The notes under the pieces: model-generated
Told to the model about the DNA's origin: nothing
The model's input: only the letters and a program-made list of their open reading frames with translations
Databases searched by the model: none
Program-made: the position numbers and the translations under genes
DNA from: Deltaproteobacteria bacterium
Lineage (GTDB): Bacteria > Desulfobacterota > GWC2-55-46
DNA length: 64,000 nt
Reading direction: 5' to 3'
Assembly: GCA_020846435.1 (NCBI GenBank)
Contig: JADLDY010000039.1
Location: 16,919-80,918 of the forward strand
Shown: positions 51,507 through 61,960 of the stretch, piece after piece
How positions within the stretch are numbered: position 1 is the stretch's first letter
Layout of the letters: every line of letters starts with the position of its first letter

Positions 51507-53282
51507 TCAGCTCCAGAACTCTTCCTTGTACAGGCCGGGGAGCTTGGTGTTTATGTAGTTTTCCACTTCCTTTGCCGTGGCAAAGGCGAGGATGCTTTTA
51601 CATATCCTCTTTGCCTCGGCGTGGCTTATGGACCGGATCAGCCGCTTGACGCGAAGGACAGAGTACGCGTTCATGGAGAGCTGGTCGACCCCGAACCCGA
51701 GGAGTATCAATGCGTACTCCGGCTCGCCCGCCATCTCGCCGCATACTCCGACAGAGACACCGGCCTTGTTCGCGGCCTCTATAACGCCCTTGATGATCCT
51801 CAGGACCGCCGGGTGGAAAGGCTCGTACAGATAGGCGACGTGCTCGTTGACCCTGTCGATGGCCAGAGAATACTGCAAAAGGTCGTTCGTGCCGATGGAG
51901 ATGAAGTTCACTTCCTTGACGATGAGGTCCGCTATCATGGCAGCCGAAGGCACTTCTATCATGACGCCGACCTCGATATCCTGGTTGAACGCCTTGCCCT
52001 CGACCTTGAGCTCCCTCTTGCACTCCTCGAGGAGCTGTCTGGCGAGCCTTACCTCCTCCATGCCGGAGATCATCGGGAACATTATCTTTATGTCGCCGTA
52101 GGAGCTGGCGCGAAGGATCCCCCTGAGCTGCACCTTGAAGAGATCGACGTTCTTGAGGCAAAACCTTATTGCACGGAGGCCTAAGGCAGGGTTTATCTCC
52201 TTTTGCGACTCCATCTGCGGAAGTATCTTGTCGCCCCCGACGTCAAGGGTCCGTATGACGACGGGATTCGGGGCCATCTTCTTCGCGACCTGGCGGTAAG
52301 CCCTGACGTGCTCTTCCTCAGTCGGCAGGTCTTTCCTGTTGAGGTATAGGAACTCGGTCCTGTACAGGCCTATGCCCTCGGCACCGTGCTCAATTAGCGC
52401 GTCTATCTCCTCGACTATCTCCATGTTGCCGATGAGGCGCACCCTTTTGCCGTCGGTCGTCTCGCTCGGGAGGTCCTTGTAGTGAAAGAGGGCCTTGCCG
52501 TAGTTCTCGTACCTCTCGCGGCGCCTCTTGTAGACCTCTATGACGCTCTCGGAGGGGTTTATGATGACGGTGCCGGTCGTGCCGTCGACGATTATTATGT
52601 CGCCGGGCTCGGCCTGCCTCGTTATCGACTCGAGGCCGACTACCGCCGGTATCTCAAGGGACCTCGCCATGATGGCCGTGTGGGAAGTCTTTCCCCCGGC
52701 GTCAGTCAGAAAACCCAGGACAGTGCCCTTGACCATCTGCGCGGTGTCGGTCGGGGCGAGGTCGTGCGCTATGACTACGACCGGCTCCTTTATCTCGGCT
52801 ATGGACTCGTGCTTCCTGCCCATGAGGTTCAGGAGGAGCCTGTTCACTATGTGCTCTATGTCCATGGCCCGCTCGCGCAGGTACGGGTCGTCCATCTTGT
52901 CGAAGTATTCCATTATGTCGTTGAGCACGGTCTTCAAGGCCCACTCGGCGTTGACCCTCTGGTCGCGTATCGCCTTGATGGTGTCGTTGATGAGCATGTT
53001 GTCCTTGAGGATCAACAGGTGGGCTTCGATTATGCGTATGTGCTCCTTGCCCTTGCCGTCCTGCTCCATCTTGTGCTTTATGCGCGTGAGCTGATCCCTG
53101 GAGGCGTTGAGGGCGTGGCTGAACCTCTCTATCTCCCCTTCAGTCTCGGACGGGTCGATATAGCAGAAATGGGCAGGCTCCACCATACCGCGCTCAAGGG
53201 TGTAGGCGCGGCCTATGACGATGCCCGAGGACACGCCTATGCCCTTCATCAAGACGACCTGTTTCTTCGAGTCAGTCATCAT
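51507..53282 (-). CDS. ptsI: Phosphoenolpyruvate-protein phosphotransferase (PTS Enzyme I)
   Basis: Canonical EI (GGKTSHTAIMARSLEIPAVVG with active His, PEP-utilizing TIM barrel). Confidence 0.95.
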   Translation of the reverse strand: MMTDSKKQVVLMKGIGVSSGIVIGRAYTLERGMVEPAHFCYIDPSETEGEIERFSHALNASRDQLTRIKHKMEQDGKGKEHIRIIEAHLLILKDNMLINDTIKAIRDQRVNAEWALKTVLNDIMEYFDKMDDPYLRERAMDIEHIVNRLLLNLMGRKHESIAEIKEPVVVIAHDLAPTDTAQMVKGTVLGFLTDAGGKTSHTAIMARSLEIPAVVGLESITRQAEPGDIIIVDGTTGTVIINPSESVIEVYKRRRERYENYGKALFHYKDLPSETTDGKRVRLIGNMEIVEEIDALIEHGAEGIGLYRTEFLYLNRKDLPTEEEHVRAYRQVAKKMAPNPVVIRTLDVGGDKILPQMESQKEINPALGLRAIRFCLKNVDLFKVQLRGILRASSYGDIKIMFPMISGMEEVRLARQLLEECKRELKVEGKAFNQDIEVGVMIEVPSAAMIADLIVKEVNFISIGTNDLLQYSLAIDRVNEHVAYLYEPFHPAVLRIIKGVIEAANKAGVSVGVCGEMAGEPEYALILLGFGVDQLSMNAYSVLRVKRLIRSISHAEAKRICKSILAFATAKEVENYINTKLPGLYKEEFWS

Positions 53283-53572
53283 TCCTCGCCAAAACCGTTG
53301 TCAATGAGGGCTCCGAGCGCCTCCATGGCGGCCCTCGCGTCTTCCCCGTCAGCCCTTACGGTTATTTTGGAGCCCTGGGTGGCCGCGAGTATGAGGATGC
53401 CCATTATGCTCTTGCCGTTGACTTCCTGCCCGTTCTTCTCGACCATTATCTCGGAGGAGAACTTGTTGGAAAGCTGCACGAAAAGGGCCGCCGCCCTCGC
53501 GTGGAGCCCGAGCTTGTTCCTTATGGTGAATGTCTGAGCCAGATTCGATTCCAAGCCTTGTCCGTTTTCCAT
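53279..53572 (-). CDS. ptsH: Phosphocarrier protein HPr
   Basis: GLHARAAA (His15 region) and GKSIMGI (Ser46 region). 4-nt overlap with ptsI. Confidence 0.9.
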   Translation of the reverse strand: MENGQGLESNLAQTFTIRNKLGLHARAAALFVQLSNKFSSEIMVEKNGQEVNGKSIMGILILAATQGSKITVRADGEDARAAMEALGALIDNGFGEE

Positions 53573-53651
53573 ACGCCCCGTGTGTCCAATCCCCTCTGTT
53601 TTTTTAAAGAAACTCTTAAAGCCACACCTGGCGCGCCTGCTGAAAAAAGAG

Positions 53652-54125
53652 TCAGGGGATATACTCCCTCGGCTCGTTCCTGGGGACGTCCCTTATCTCT
53701 ATCGTGACCCCGAGGGACCTCAACTTCCTCAATACATCCTCGTCCTCGCTGTTCACTATTATCGAAGGGGCTATGACCCTGCTGGCGCCGCCGTCGTCGT
53801 CATGGTGTATGTTGCCGAGGTTGATGGAGGCGAATTCCAGACCTGCCTCGTAAAGGCGCAGAGCGTCCCTGAGCTCGCCGACGACGAGCATGAACCTCGT
53901 TGAAGGGTCTGCCTCGTTTTTCAGGTAACGCACCGCCTCGGAGACCGACTTCACCAGCACCCCGAGCTCGTCACAGCCGCAGGCAGAGATGATCTCGCTC
54001 ACGAGGCAGTCTGAAGCCGCCTCGTCAGAGACTACCATGAGATACTCGGCCCTTATGTACGGCACCCAGGAGCATATTATCTGCCCGTGGAGAAGCCTGT
54101 CGTCTACCCTTAAGAGAATGACCAT
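53652..54125 (-). CDS. PTS mannose/fructose/sorbose-family EIIB component
   Basis: LRVDDRLLHGQ phospho-histidine signature of EIIB(Man). Confidence 0.8.
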   Translation of the reverse strand: MVILLRVDDRLLHGQIICSWVPYIRAEYLMVVSDEAASDCLVSEIISACGCDELGVLVKSVSEAVRYLKNEADPSTRFMLVVGELRDALRLYEAGLEFASINLGNIHHDDDGGASRVIAPSIIVNSEDEDVLRKLRSLGVTIEIRDVPRNEPREYIP

Positions 54126-54334
54126 AACACCTGGGGGCGGCCAGAGTGCTGAAAAAGCCCATCTGCTTAGTTGTCAGCGCCGCTCGTCACTGCGGCGTAC
54201 ATGATGAGTACGCCGCATTTTCTGCTACTCGACGCCTTGAGCATGGTGCTTTTTGAACAGCCTGACTGAAGCCAAAGTTTTTCTGCGGCCTGCCAGAGAT
54301 TTATTCCATCAAAAAAAACCGCGATACCGGCCGT

Positions 54335-54739
54335 CTAACCCTTCTCTTTGAGCATCTCGCCGGCAAGCACGATCGATTTTTGCCCGTACTCCCTCAGCAC
54401 CGTAGCCAGTTCGCGCAGAGGCTTGTCCTTGCAGCGGCCCACGAACTTTATGAGCATCGGCAGGTTGACCCCGGTAATGACCTCGACCCTGCCGTCAGTC
54501 ATCAGCGAGAGGGCTATGTTGGTCGGCGTGCCGCCGAACATGTCGGTCAGTACCACGACCCCTCCGCCAGAGTCAGCCTCGTTTACCGCCGCGAGCACGG
54601 CCGCTCTTATGCCTTCAGTCGAATCGGCGCTCGCGACAGATACCGCCCTGATGCCCTCGGCCTTTCCTGTTATCGCCTCGGCCGCCTCGACAAGCGCCTG
54701 GGCCAGCTTTCCATGAGTTATTACTACCGCTCCTACCAT
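54335..54739 (-). CDS. PTS mannose-family EIIA component
   Basis: VVITHGKLAQALVEAAE with His10 EIIA(Man) signature. Confidence 0.8.
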   Translation of the reverse strand: MVGAVVITHGKLAQALVEAAEAITGKAEGIRAVSVASADSTEGIRAAVLAAVNEADSGGGVVVLTDMFGGTPTNIALSLMTDGRVEVITGVNLPMLIKFVGRCKDKPLRELATVLREYGQKSIVLAGEMLKEKG

Positions 54740-54760
54740 GACCTCACCTGCTTTGAGTTC

Positions 54761-55624
54761 TCAGGACTTCGCTATGTCCCTGTGCCTCTTCCTTATTGAT
54801 ACCATATCGGATTTGAACCCGTCCGCAATCTCCTCGACCATCGCTACCGACCTGTGCTTGCCGCCGGTACACCCGACCGCTATCGTGAGGTAGGACTTCC
54901 CCTCTTTCCAGTACAGGGGTATGAGATAGCCGAGAAAGCTCCTGAAGCGCTCGAGGAACTCCTTTGCCTCGTCTTTCGCGAGTATGTAGTCCTTTACCGG
55001 TTTCTCCAGCCCGTCGTGCCTCTTGAGTGCGTTCACGAAGTACGGATTTGGAAGGAACCTCACGTCGATGACGAGGTCGGCGTCTGTGGGCAGGCCGTAT
55101 CGGTACCCGAAGGAGATGAAGTTCAAGGCCATCTTCTCCCTCGTGACCGGGCCGGAATAGAACTCTTTTATCATGTCGCGGAGCTCGTGGACGTTGAACT
55201 CTGTCGTGTCGACGACCCTGTCGGCAAGCGACTTCAAGTCCTTGAGGAGCTCCCTTTCCCGCATGAGCCCTTCCATAGGACTCTCCTCGGCGGCCAGAGG
55301 GTGCCTTCTCCTTGTCTCGGAAAACCTCCTCACAAGGGCATCGTCGGAGGCTTCGAGGTATATGAGCTCCATGTGGTAGCCGGTTGCCTTGAGCTCAGAG
55401 AAGACTTGAACAAAGTCCTTGAGGAACGAGCGCTCGCGCACGTCGATGACAGCCGCGACCCTGGCTATCTCGCCGCTCGTGGCCAGAAGCTCCATGAACT
55501 TCGGAAGGAGGGCCACCGGCATGTTGTCAACGCAGTAGTAGCCGAGGTCCTCGAGTGCCTTTATGGCGGTGCTCTTGCCTGAGCCCGAAGGCCCGCTCAG
55601 CACCACCGCTCTGATGTCGCTCAC
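54761..55624 (-). CDS. rapZ: RNase adapter protein RapZ (YhbJ)
   Basis: Walker A LSGPSGSGKSTA and conserved RapZ C-terminal domain. Located between hprK and PTS genes. Confidence 0.9.
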   Translation of the reverse strand: MSDIRAVVLSGPSGSGKSTAIKALEDLGYYCVDNMPVALLPKFMELLATSGEIARVAAVIDVRERSFLKDFVQVFSELKATGYHMELIYLEASDDALVRRFSETRRRHPLAAEESPMEGLMRERELLKDLKSLADRVVDTTEFNVHELRDMIKEFYSGPVTREKMALNFISFGYRYGLPTDADLVIDVRFLPNPYFVNALKRHDGLEKPVKDYILAKDEAKEFLERFRSFLGYLIPLYWKEGKSYLTIAVGCTGGKHRSVAMVEEIADGFKSDMVSIRKRHRDIAKS

Positions 55625-56565
55625 CTGTTTTCCTGGCTCCTCTTCATGACGTTGCCAAGCTCCCGTTCAAGGGCCTTAGCCGAGTGGTGCCCCATTATCT
55701 TCAATATCTGATTCCGGGCCGCGACCTCGACTATGGTGGCCACGCTCCTTCCCGGAGAAACCGGCACTTTCAGGTACGGCAGGTCTACCCCGAGTATGTT
55801 GTAGCTGTTCTCCTCGAACCCGAGCCTGTCGTACTCGACCTCCATCTCCCATTTGACCAGCTCCACCACAAGGTCCATCTGCTTTTTCTCCCTGATGGCG
55901 GTGATCCCGTAGAGGTCTTTTATGTTCAGTATGCCGAGCCCCCTTATCTCCATGTGGTAGCGGATGAGGTCGGAGCTGGTGCCGAAGAGCACCGAAGGCG
56001 GCATCTTCTTAACTATGACGATGTCGTCCGAGACGAGACGGCAGCCCCTGGCCACGAGGTCGAGGGCGCATTCGCTCTTGCCGATGCCGCTTTTGCCAAT
56101 TATAAGTATGCCTACGCCAAGCACGTCCATCAGGACGCCGTGGAGGGTCGTCGAGGGGGCAAGCCTCTCCTCCAGGTACTTGGTTATGCTCTCTATGAGT
56201 ACGGAGGAGGTGTAGACGGTCTTGAAAAGGGGTATCTCCCTTTCCCTGCACATCTCGGCGAGGAAGGGCGGCGGCTCGAGGTCTCTCGTGACGATTATGG
56301 CGGGGATACCCGGCTTTGCCAGGTACCTCAGAACGTCCGGTATCTGGCTGTCGTCGAGGCTGTTGAGGTAGCCTATCTCGGCGGCGCCGAAAATCTGGAG
56401 CCGGTCAGGGTGGAGCTCCTCGAGGAGCCCGGTCAGAAGGAGCCCGGGCTTTTGTATGCGCGAGGTGGTGACTTCCCTGTCGAGGCCGCGCTCTCCGGCG
56501 ACGAGGACGAACCCGAAGCGTTCCGCCTGCCTGCCATCTGTGAGCTCTTTTACTGGTACGCCCAT
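55621..56565 (-). CDS. hprK: HPr kinase/phosphorylase
   Basis: Walker A GKSGIGKSE and HprK C-terminal catalytic domain. Confidence 0.9.
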   Translation of the reverse strand: MGVPVKELTDGRQAERFGFVLVAGERGLDREVTTSRIQKPGLLLTGLLEELHPDRLQIFGAAEIGYLNSLDDSQIPDVLRYLAKPGIPAIIVTRDLEPPPFLAEMCREREIPLFKTVYTSSVLIESITKYLEERLAPSTTLHGVLMDVLGVGILIIGKSGIGKSECALDLVARGCRLVSDDIVIVKKMPPSVLFGTSSDLIRYHMEIRGLGILNIKDLYGITAIREKKQMDLVVELVKWEMEVEYDRLGFEENSYNILGVDLPYLKVPVSPGRSVATIVEVAARNQILKIMGHHSAKALERELGNVMKRSQENR

Positions 56566-56588
56566 GGAGTTACCTGTTAGAGCGGGGT

Positions 56589-57059
56589 TCAGACGAAGCT
56601 GCTCTTTTTCTCGGCCTCGGTTATTATCCTGTATATGTCTGACCTGTCGACGGCGTCCATGAGCTTCATCCTGAAGTCCTGGCTCTTCAAAAGATGGGAT
56701 ATGCTCGCCAGCACCTTCAGGTGCGCGGCCGCCGAGTTCTCCGGGGCCAGTATGAGGAAGACGAGGTGCACGGGAAGGTTGTCCATGGAGCTGTAATTGA
56801 CGCCCTTCCTGCTTCTGCCGAAAAACACCTTGAGCTCGGCGAGCCCCTTGATCTTGCCGTGCGGTATGGCGACCCCGTGGCCTATGCCGGTCGTGCCGAG
56901 CTTTTCCCTGTCAAGGAGCGCCTTCAATACCGTCTCTGTGTCAATGGGGGCGACCATGCGCGAGATATCATCGACCATCTCGCCGAGGACCTCTTCCTTG
57001 TCCCTGGACTTGAGGTCCGTTATGATATTCTCTTCCCTCAGGACATCGGCCAGCATCAT
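56589..57059 (-). CDS. ptsN: Nitrogen-regulatory PTS EIIA-Ntr (PtsN)
   Basis: GIGHGVAIPHGK phospho-His motif of EIIA(Fru/Ntr) family. Confidence 0.9.
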   Translation of the reverse strand: MMLADVLREENIITDLKSRDKEEVLGEMVDDISRMVAPIDTETVLKALLDREKLGTTGIGHGVAIPHGKIKGLAELKVFFGRSRKGVNYSSMDNLPVHLVFLILAPENSAAAHLKVLASISHLLKSQDFRMKLMDAVDRSDIYRIITEAEKKSSFV

Positions 57060-57201
57060 GGAAACTCACCCTTTAAAATACTTTCAAACATGCCTCGCGG
57101 AGCTTACTGCGGAAAAACTGGACAGACGAGAGCCCGAGTACCGGCCTTCCACTGGCAAGGCCCCGGGACAGAGCCCGGGGCCGGAAAAAACTGCCGTTTG
57201 T

Positions 57202-57741
57202 TCAGTGCGCGCTGGTCTCTATGAGACCGAAACCGCCGTCCTTGAGCCTGTACAGAACGCTCGTGTTGCCGGTCGACGAGTCGGTGAAAACCAGGAAATC
57301 CTCTGAAGTGACTTCCAGCTGCATAGAAGCCTCTTCAACGGACATGGGCTTTACGAACTGGTTCTCTTTCTTCGTTATTCTGGGCCTGCCCGGAGCCACG
57401 GCCGTGGCGGCTTCGGCGGCCGCGTACCTGATGGAGTCCTGCTCGCCGTTTGTCTTGTGCTCCTTGACCCTGTCCTTGTGCTTCATGGCCTGTCCCAGGA
57501 GCTTGTCGATGACCATGTCGATCGCCGAGTACATGTCCTGCGTGTCGCCCTGCGCCTTTATGTTGACGCCGTTGGCCGTGATAGTTGCGTCGGCTATGTG
57601 CCTTATCTTCTCAACCGAAAGCACCCAGTGTATCTCGACCGGCTCGGCAAGATACTTTCTGAGACGCTCTGTTTTCTCTTCCGCGTAGATCTTCAGGGGC
57701 TCTGAAGATTCCATATGCCTGAAAGTGACGCTGACGTGCAT
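57202..57741 (-). CDS. hpf: Ribosome hibernation promoting factor (long form)
   Basis: N-terminal S30AE/YfiA domain plus C-terminal extension; immediately downstream of rpoN. Confidence 0.9.
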   Translation of the reverse strand: MHVSVTFRHMESSEPLKIYAEEKTERLRKYLAEPVEIHWVLSVEKIRHIADATITANGVNIKAQGDTQDMYSAIDMVIDKLLGQAMKHKDRVKEHKTNGEQDSIRYAAAEAATAVAPGRPRITKKENQFVKPMSVEEASMQLEVTSEDFLVFTDSSTGNTSVLYRLKDGGFGLIETSAH

Positions 57742-57891
57742 TGAATGACCTCCGTTTGAAATATGATGGCGGACTTGAACGGGCGCGTCGCGCGCCGCTT
57801 GAGCCCGGAAAAATCCCGACCCTATTTTTTAATTCTTAAGAGGGAAAAAGTCAACATATTTAGGGAAAACACGCTCCGTCAGGGGGAATTG

Positions 57892-59346
57892 CTAAAAATG
57901 GGCCTTTCTCCTGCTTGAGGACAAAAAGCCCAGCGCCTCCCTGTACTTGGTCGCAGTCCTCCTCGCGACCTCTATGCCCGATTCCTTGAGCTTCTCTACT
58001 ATCTGCGCGTCGGAGAACGGGCGCTTGGTGTCCTCGGCCTCGATTATCTTCCTGACCTTCTCTTTTATGTACTCGGCGGTAACTTCCTCCCCTTCGCCTC
58101 CTGACATGCCGTTGGAAAAGAAGTACTTGAGCTCGAATATGCCCCTGGGCGTCTGAACGTACTTGTTCGAGGTGACCCTGCTGACCGTAGACTCGTGGAC
58201 GCCTATCTCGGCCGCGACGTCCTTGAGGACCAGGGGCTTCAAATACTTCAAGCCCTGGTCGAGGAACTCCCTCTGGAACCTCACGATGCACTCAACGACC
58301 CTGTAAACCGTCCGCTGCCTCTGGTGGACGCTCTTGATCAGCCAGACCGCGCTCCTGAGCTTGTCCTGTATGTAGCCCTTGGCGTTATCAGGCGTCGTCG
58401 CCCCGTTGGATTTCAGGAGCTCTCTGTAATACGGACTTATCTTGAGCTTGGGCATGCCGTCATCGTTGAGCGTGATGATGTAGTCATCTCCGACCTTGTG
58501 TATGAAGATGTCCGGCACTACGGCGCGCGACTCGTCCTTGCCGAAACCCGCCCCCGGAGTAGGGTTGAGGCATTTGCTTATTGTCCTGGCCGCCTCGAAG
58601 ACTTCTTCTATATTCACGCCGAGGGCCCTGGCTATGGCCTTGTAATTGCGGCTGGCGAGGTTCTCGAGGTGGCTTGCGACCATGTCCTCGACGACCGTGT
58701 CGCGCACGTCCATGTTCCTCGCCTGCACGAGGAGGCACTCGCGCAGCGTGCATGAGCCTACGCCGGGCGGGTCAAGGAGCTGTATTACCCTGAGGACCCT
58801 CTGGGCGTCCACTGGTTCGACCCCGGCGCACCTTGCTATCTCTCCGACGGTCGCGGCCTCGTGCTCGGAATCGGTGCTCGAAGGCGCCCTTTCAAGGAGG
58901 CGCAGATAGCCGTCCTCGTCGATGTTACCGATGATGAACTCTCCGAGGGCCATGTCCTGAGGATTAAAGCCGCTGCTGCCGAGCTGCCACGCGAGGTGCT
59001 CTGAGAGAGAGCCGCCAGCGTCCGAGATGTTGGACATGAAGTCGTCCTCTTCCTCGTCTCTCGCGCTGAAATCAATGCCGCCCTGCCTGTACTCATTCTG
59101 CCCGGTCAGGTAGCTCTCCCAGTCGACCTCTGGCTTTTCAGGGGCTTCGGCAGGAGCCTCAGGCGCGCCTGAAGCGACCTCAGGGGCCGAGACGTCCTCG
59201 AGAACAGGGTTTGTCTGGACCTCTTCGCGGACCATCTCAACGAGCTCGAGCCTCGAGAGCTGCAGGAGCTTTATGGCCAGCTGCAGCTGAGGCGTCATCA
59301 CAAGGCTCTGTGTGAGCTTGAGTTCCTGTTTGAGTTCGTAAGCCAT
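57892..59346 (-). CDS. rpoN: RNA polymerase sigma-54 factor RpoN
   Basis: Gln/Leu-rich region I (LKLTQSLVMTPQLQLAIKLLQLS), RpoN box ARRTVTKYRE. Start at internal M14. Confidence 0.95.
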   Translation of the reverse strand: MAYELKQELKLTQSLVMTPQLQLAIKLLQLSRLELVEMVREEVQTNPVLEDVSAPEVASGAPEAPAEAPEKPEVDWESYLTGQNEYRQGGIDFSARDEEEDDFMSNISDAGGSLSEHLAWQLGSSGFNPQDMALGEFIIGNIDEDGYLRLLERAPSSTDSEHEAATVGEIARCAGVEPVDAQRVLRVIQLLDPPGVGSCTLRECLLVQARNMDVRDTVVEDMVASHLENLASRNYKAIARALGVNIEEVFEAARTISKCLNPTPGAGFGKDESRAVVPDIFIHKVGDDYIITLNDDGMPKLKISPYYRELLKSNGATTPDNAKGYIQDKLRSAVWLIKSVHQRQRTVYRVVECIVRFQREFLDQGLKYLKPLVLKDVAAEIGVHESTVSRVTSNKYVQTPRGIFELKYFFSNGMSGGEGEEVTAEYIKEKVRKIIEAEDTKRPFSDAQIVEKLKESGIEVARRTATKYREALGFLSSSRRKAHF

Positions 59347-59442
59347 CTTTAAAAGACCGCCTCCGGTTGCTGAAAAAACCAACATCTTAAGGCTTCAAAT
59401 AAGCTCCGCATGCGTATCGCAGATGAAGCTTTTGAGCAGCCG

Positions 59443-60165
<723 letters not shown>

Positions 60166-60709
60166 GCGAGGTCCTTTCGCGCCCTTCCTGGCCAGGGCAT
60201 TTCTTCTCCGGCATTATGACCGCGCGGACTCTCTTTCCAGCGTCACTTTCGACGACGGCGTTGTTGTCGTCGATGTAGACGGTTATCTTGTCGCCCTTTA
60301 TGACGTCAGAGCACTGCGTGACCTGGGGTTCTCCGGTAAGGACGATGAGCCGCTCTTTCCTTTTGTAGACGGCCTTGCCCGCGGTCGAGCGTTTCTCGTC
60401 CAGGAATATCCTGACGTTCCCGGAGGCCTCTATCTCGCTTACGTCCCTGTTGGCGTCGTAAAGGATATTGAGCTCGTCAGAGCAGATGGTAAAGTCTTCC
60501 ACCGCCGCGACGTTGCCGCGGAATATGACCCTGTTCTCATTGGTGTTGGCTTCCATCGTGTCTGATGTGACTGTGACCGGCTTGCGGGCGCCTGATGTCC
60601 TGACATCGGACTGGACTGCCATGGATTCGGACGGAGATGAAATCAATGTGAGGAGAAGAGCCGTAGCGGACGCGAAAGACGCAAACCTTAGAGACATCTA
60701 TTTCCCCTG

Positions 60710-61273
60710 TCAGACCGCCGGGCCCCTGAAAACGGCCTTGACCTTCCTGAGGAGCCTGAAGCTCTGGGAGTCCACGAGGACCACAAGCCCGGTTCCCTCA
60801 AGGTCAATGCCGCGGGAGGTCATCTTGACCCTTTCTTCAGTCGTTATCTTCCTGCCGTTAACAAAATAGGTGAGGCTCGATGTCTTTATAGTGAACCCGC
60901 CGCCCGAAGACCGGACGACGACATTGCCGGAGACCTCTATCTCGCCCGCCTCCTCCTTGAACCTTCCCTCATCGGCGGTCAGCACATGCGAGGTCGAGTC
61001 CCTGGCAAAGAATGTGACCGTTACCTTCTCAAGCGTGGTCAGGTCATCGTCCTTCGAGCGCCTCGCGGAGTCGGCCTCGAGCTCCCATTCGACCCGTCCG
61101 GCCTTGGTGCCGGAGTAGCGGATCTTCTCTATCTGTACCTTGACCTGCTCGTCCTGCTCAAAGCTCGCCTTGGGCACCTTGTCAGCCCTGTAATAGATAA
61201 AGACCAGGGCCGCCAGAGCGATTATCGAGAGTACTATGAAAGTGGAAAGGGCGGTCCTTATCTTACGGTTCAT
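60710..61273 (-). CDS. lptC: LPS export system protein LptC
   Basis: N-terminal TM anchor (ALSTFIVLSIIALAALVFI) and LptC fold; gene order kdsC-lptC-lptA-lptB-rpoN. Confidence 0.8.
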   Translation of the reverse strand: MNRKIRTALSTFIVLSIIALAALVFIYYRADKVPKASFEQDEQVKVQIEKIRYSGTKAGRVEWELEADSARRSKDDDLTTLEKVTVTFFARDSTSHVLTADEGRFKEEAGEIEVSGNVVVRSSGGGFTIKTSSLTYFVNGRKITTEERVKMTSRGIDLEGTGLVVLVDSQSFRLLRKVKAVFRGPAV

Positions 61274-61401
61274 CAGGCGAGATGGATGCCCCTAAAAGCC
61301 GAATGTTTTCGAATAGTTGGCGGCGCAAACCAAAAATGCGCCAGTGTCTTAGCAAGAATTATACCATCCGTAAACCGGGCTGTAAAGGCATTTGTCCCGC
61401 T

Positions 61402-61938
61402 TTACGAGAGGTACGCCTTCATTACCTCGTCCCACTTGCCCTGAACCTTCAAAACAAGCTCGGCAAGCTCCCTTGCCGCGCCCCTGCCGCCCGGCCTTTT
61501 CGAGACGAAATCGACCCTCTCGCGCACCTCTGCCACGGCGTCGGCTACGGCCGCCGAGAAAGCGACCCTTTTGAGGACAGGCAGGTCTATTATGTCGTCG
61601 CCCATATAGGCCATCTCAGCCGGGGTTATGCCGGATGTCTTTACAAGCTCTTCGAGGGCCATTCTTTTATCCTTCATCCCCTGAAAGACATGGGTTATCC
61701 CCAGGTCCTTCGCCCTCCTCCTCACGACCTCAGACTCTCTGGCCGTGATTATGGCGACGTCTATCCCCGAGCGCATGAGGAGCTTTATGCCGTGGCCGTC
61801 TTTCACATCAAAGAGCTTTGTCTCTTCCCCGCTGTTAGAGAATATTATGCGGCCGTCGGTCAAGACGCCGTCAACGTCAAAGACCACAAGCTTAACTGAC
61901 ATTATTTTACTCGCAAGCTCACGACTTACTTCAGGCAT
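61402..61938 (-). CDS. kdsC: 3-deoxy-D-manno-octulosonate 8-phosphate phosphatase KdsC
   Basis: HAD motif I VVFDVDGVLTDG, KdsC family, upstream of lptC. Confidence 0.88.
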   Translation of the reverse strand: MPEVSRELASKIMSVKLVVFDVDGVLTDGRIIFSNSGEETKLFDVKDGHGIKLLMRSGIDVAIITARESEVVRRRAKDLGITHVFQGMKDKRMALEELVKTSGITPAEMAYMGDDIIDLPVLKRVAFSAAVADAVAEVRERVDFVSKRPGGRGAARELAELVLKVQGKWDEVMKAYLS

Positions 61939-61960
61939 GCCGCCTCCATCTCGATTGTTA

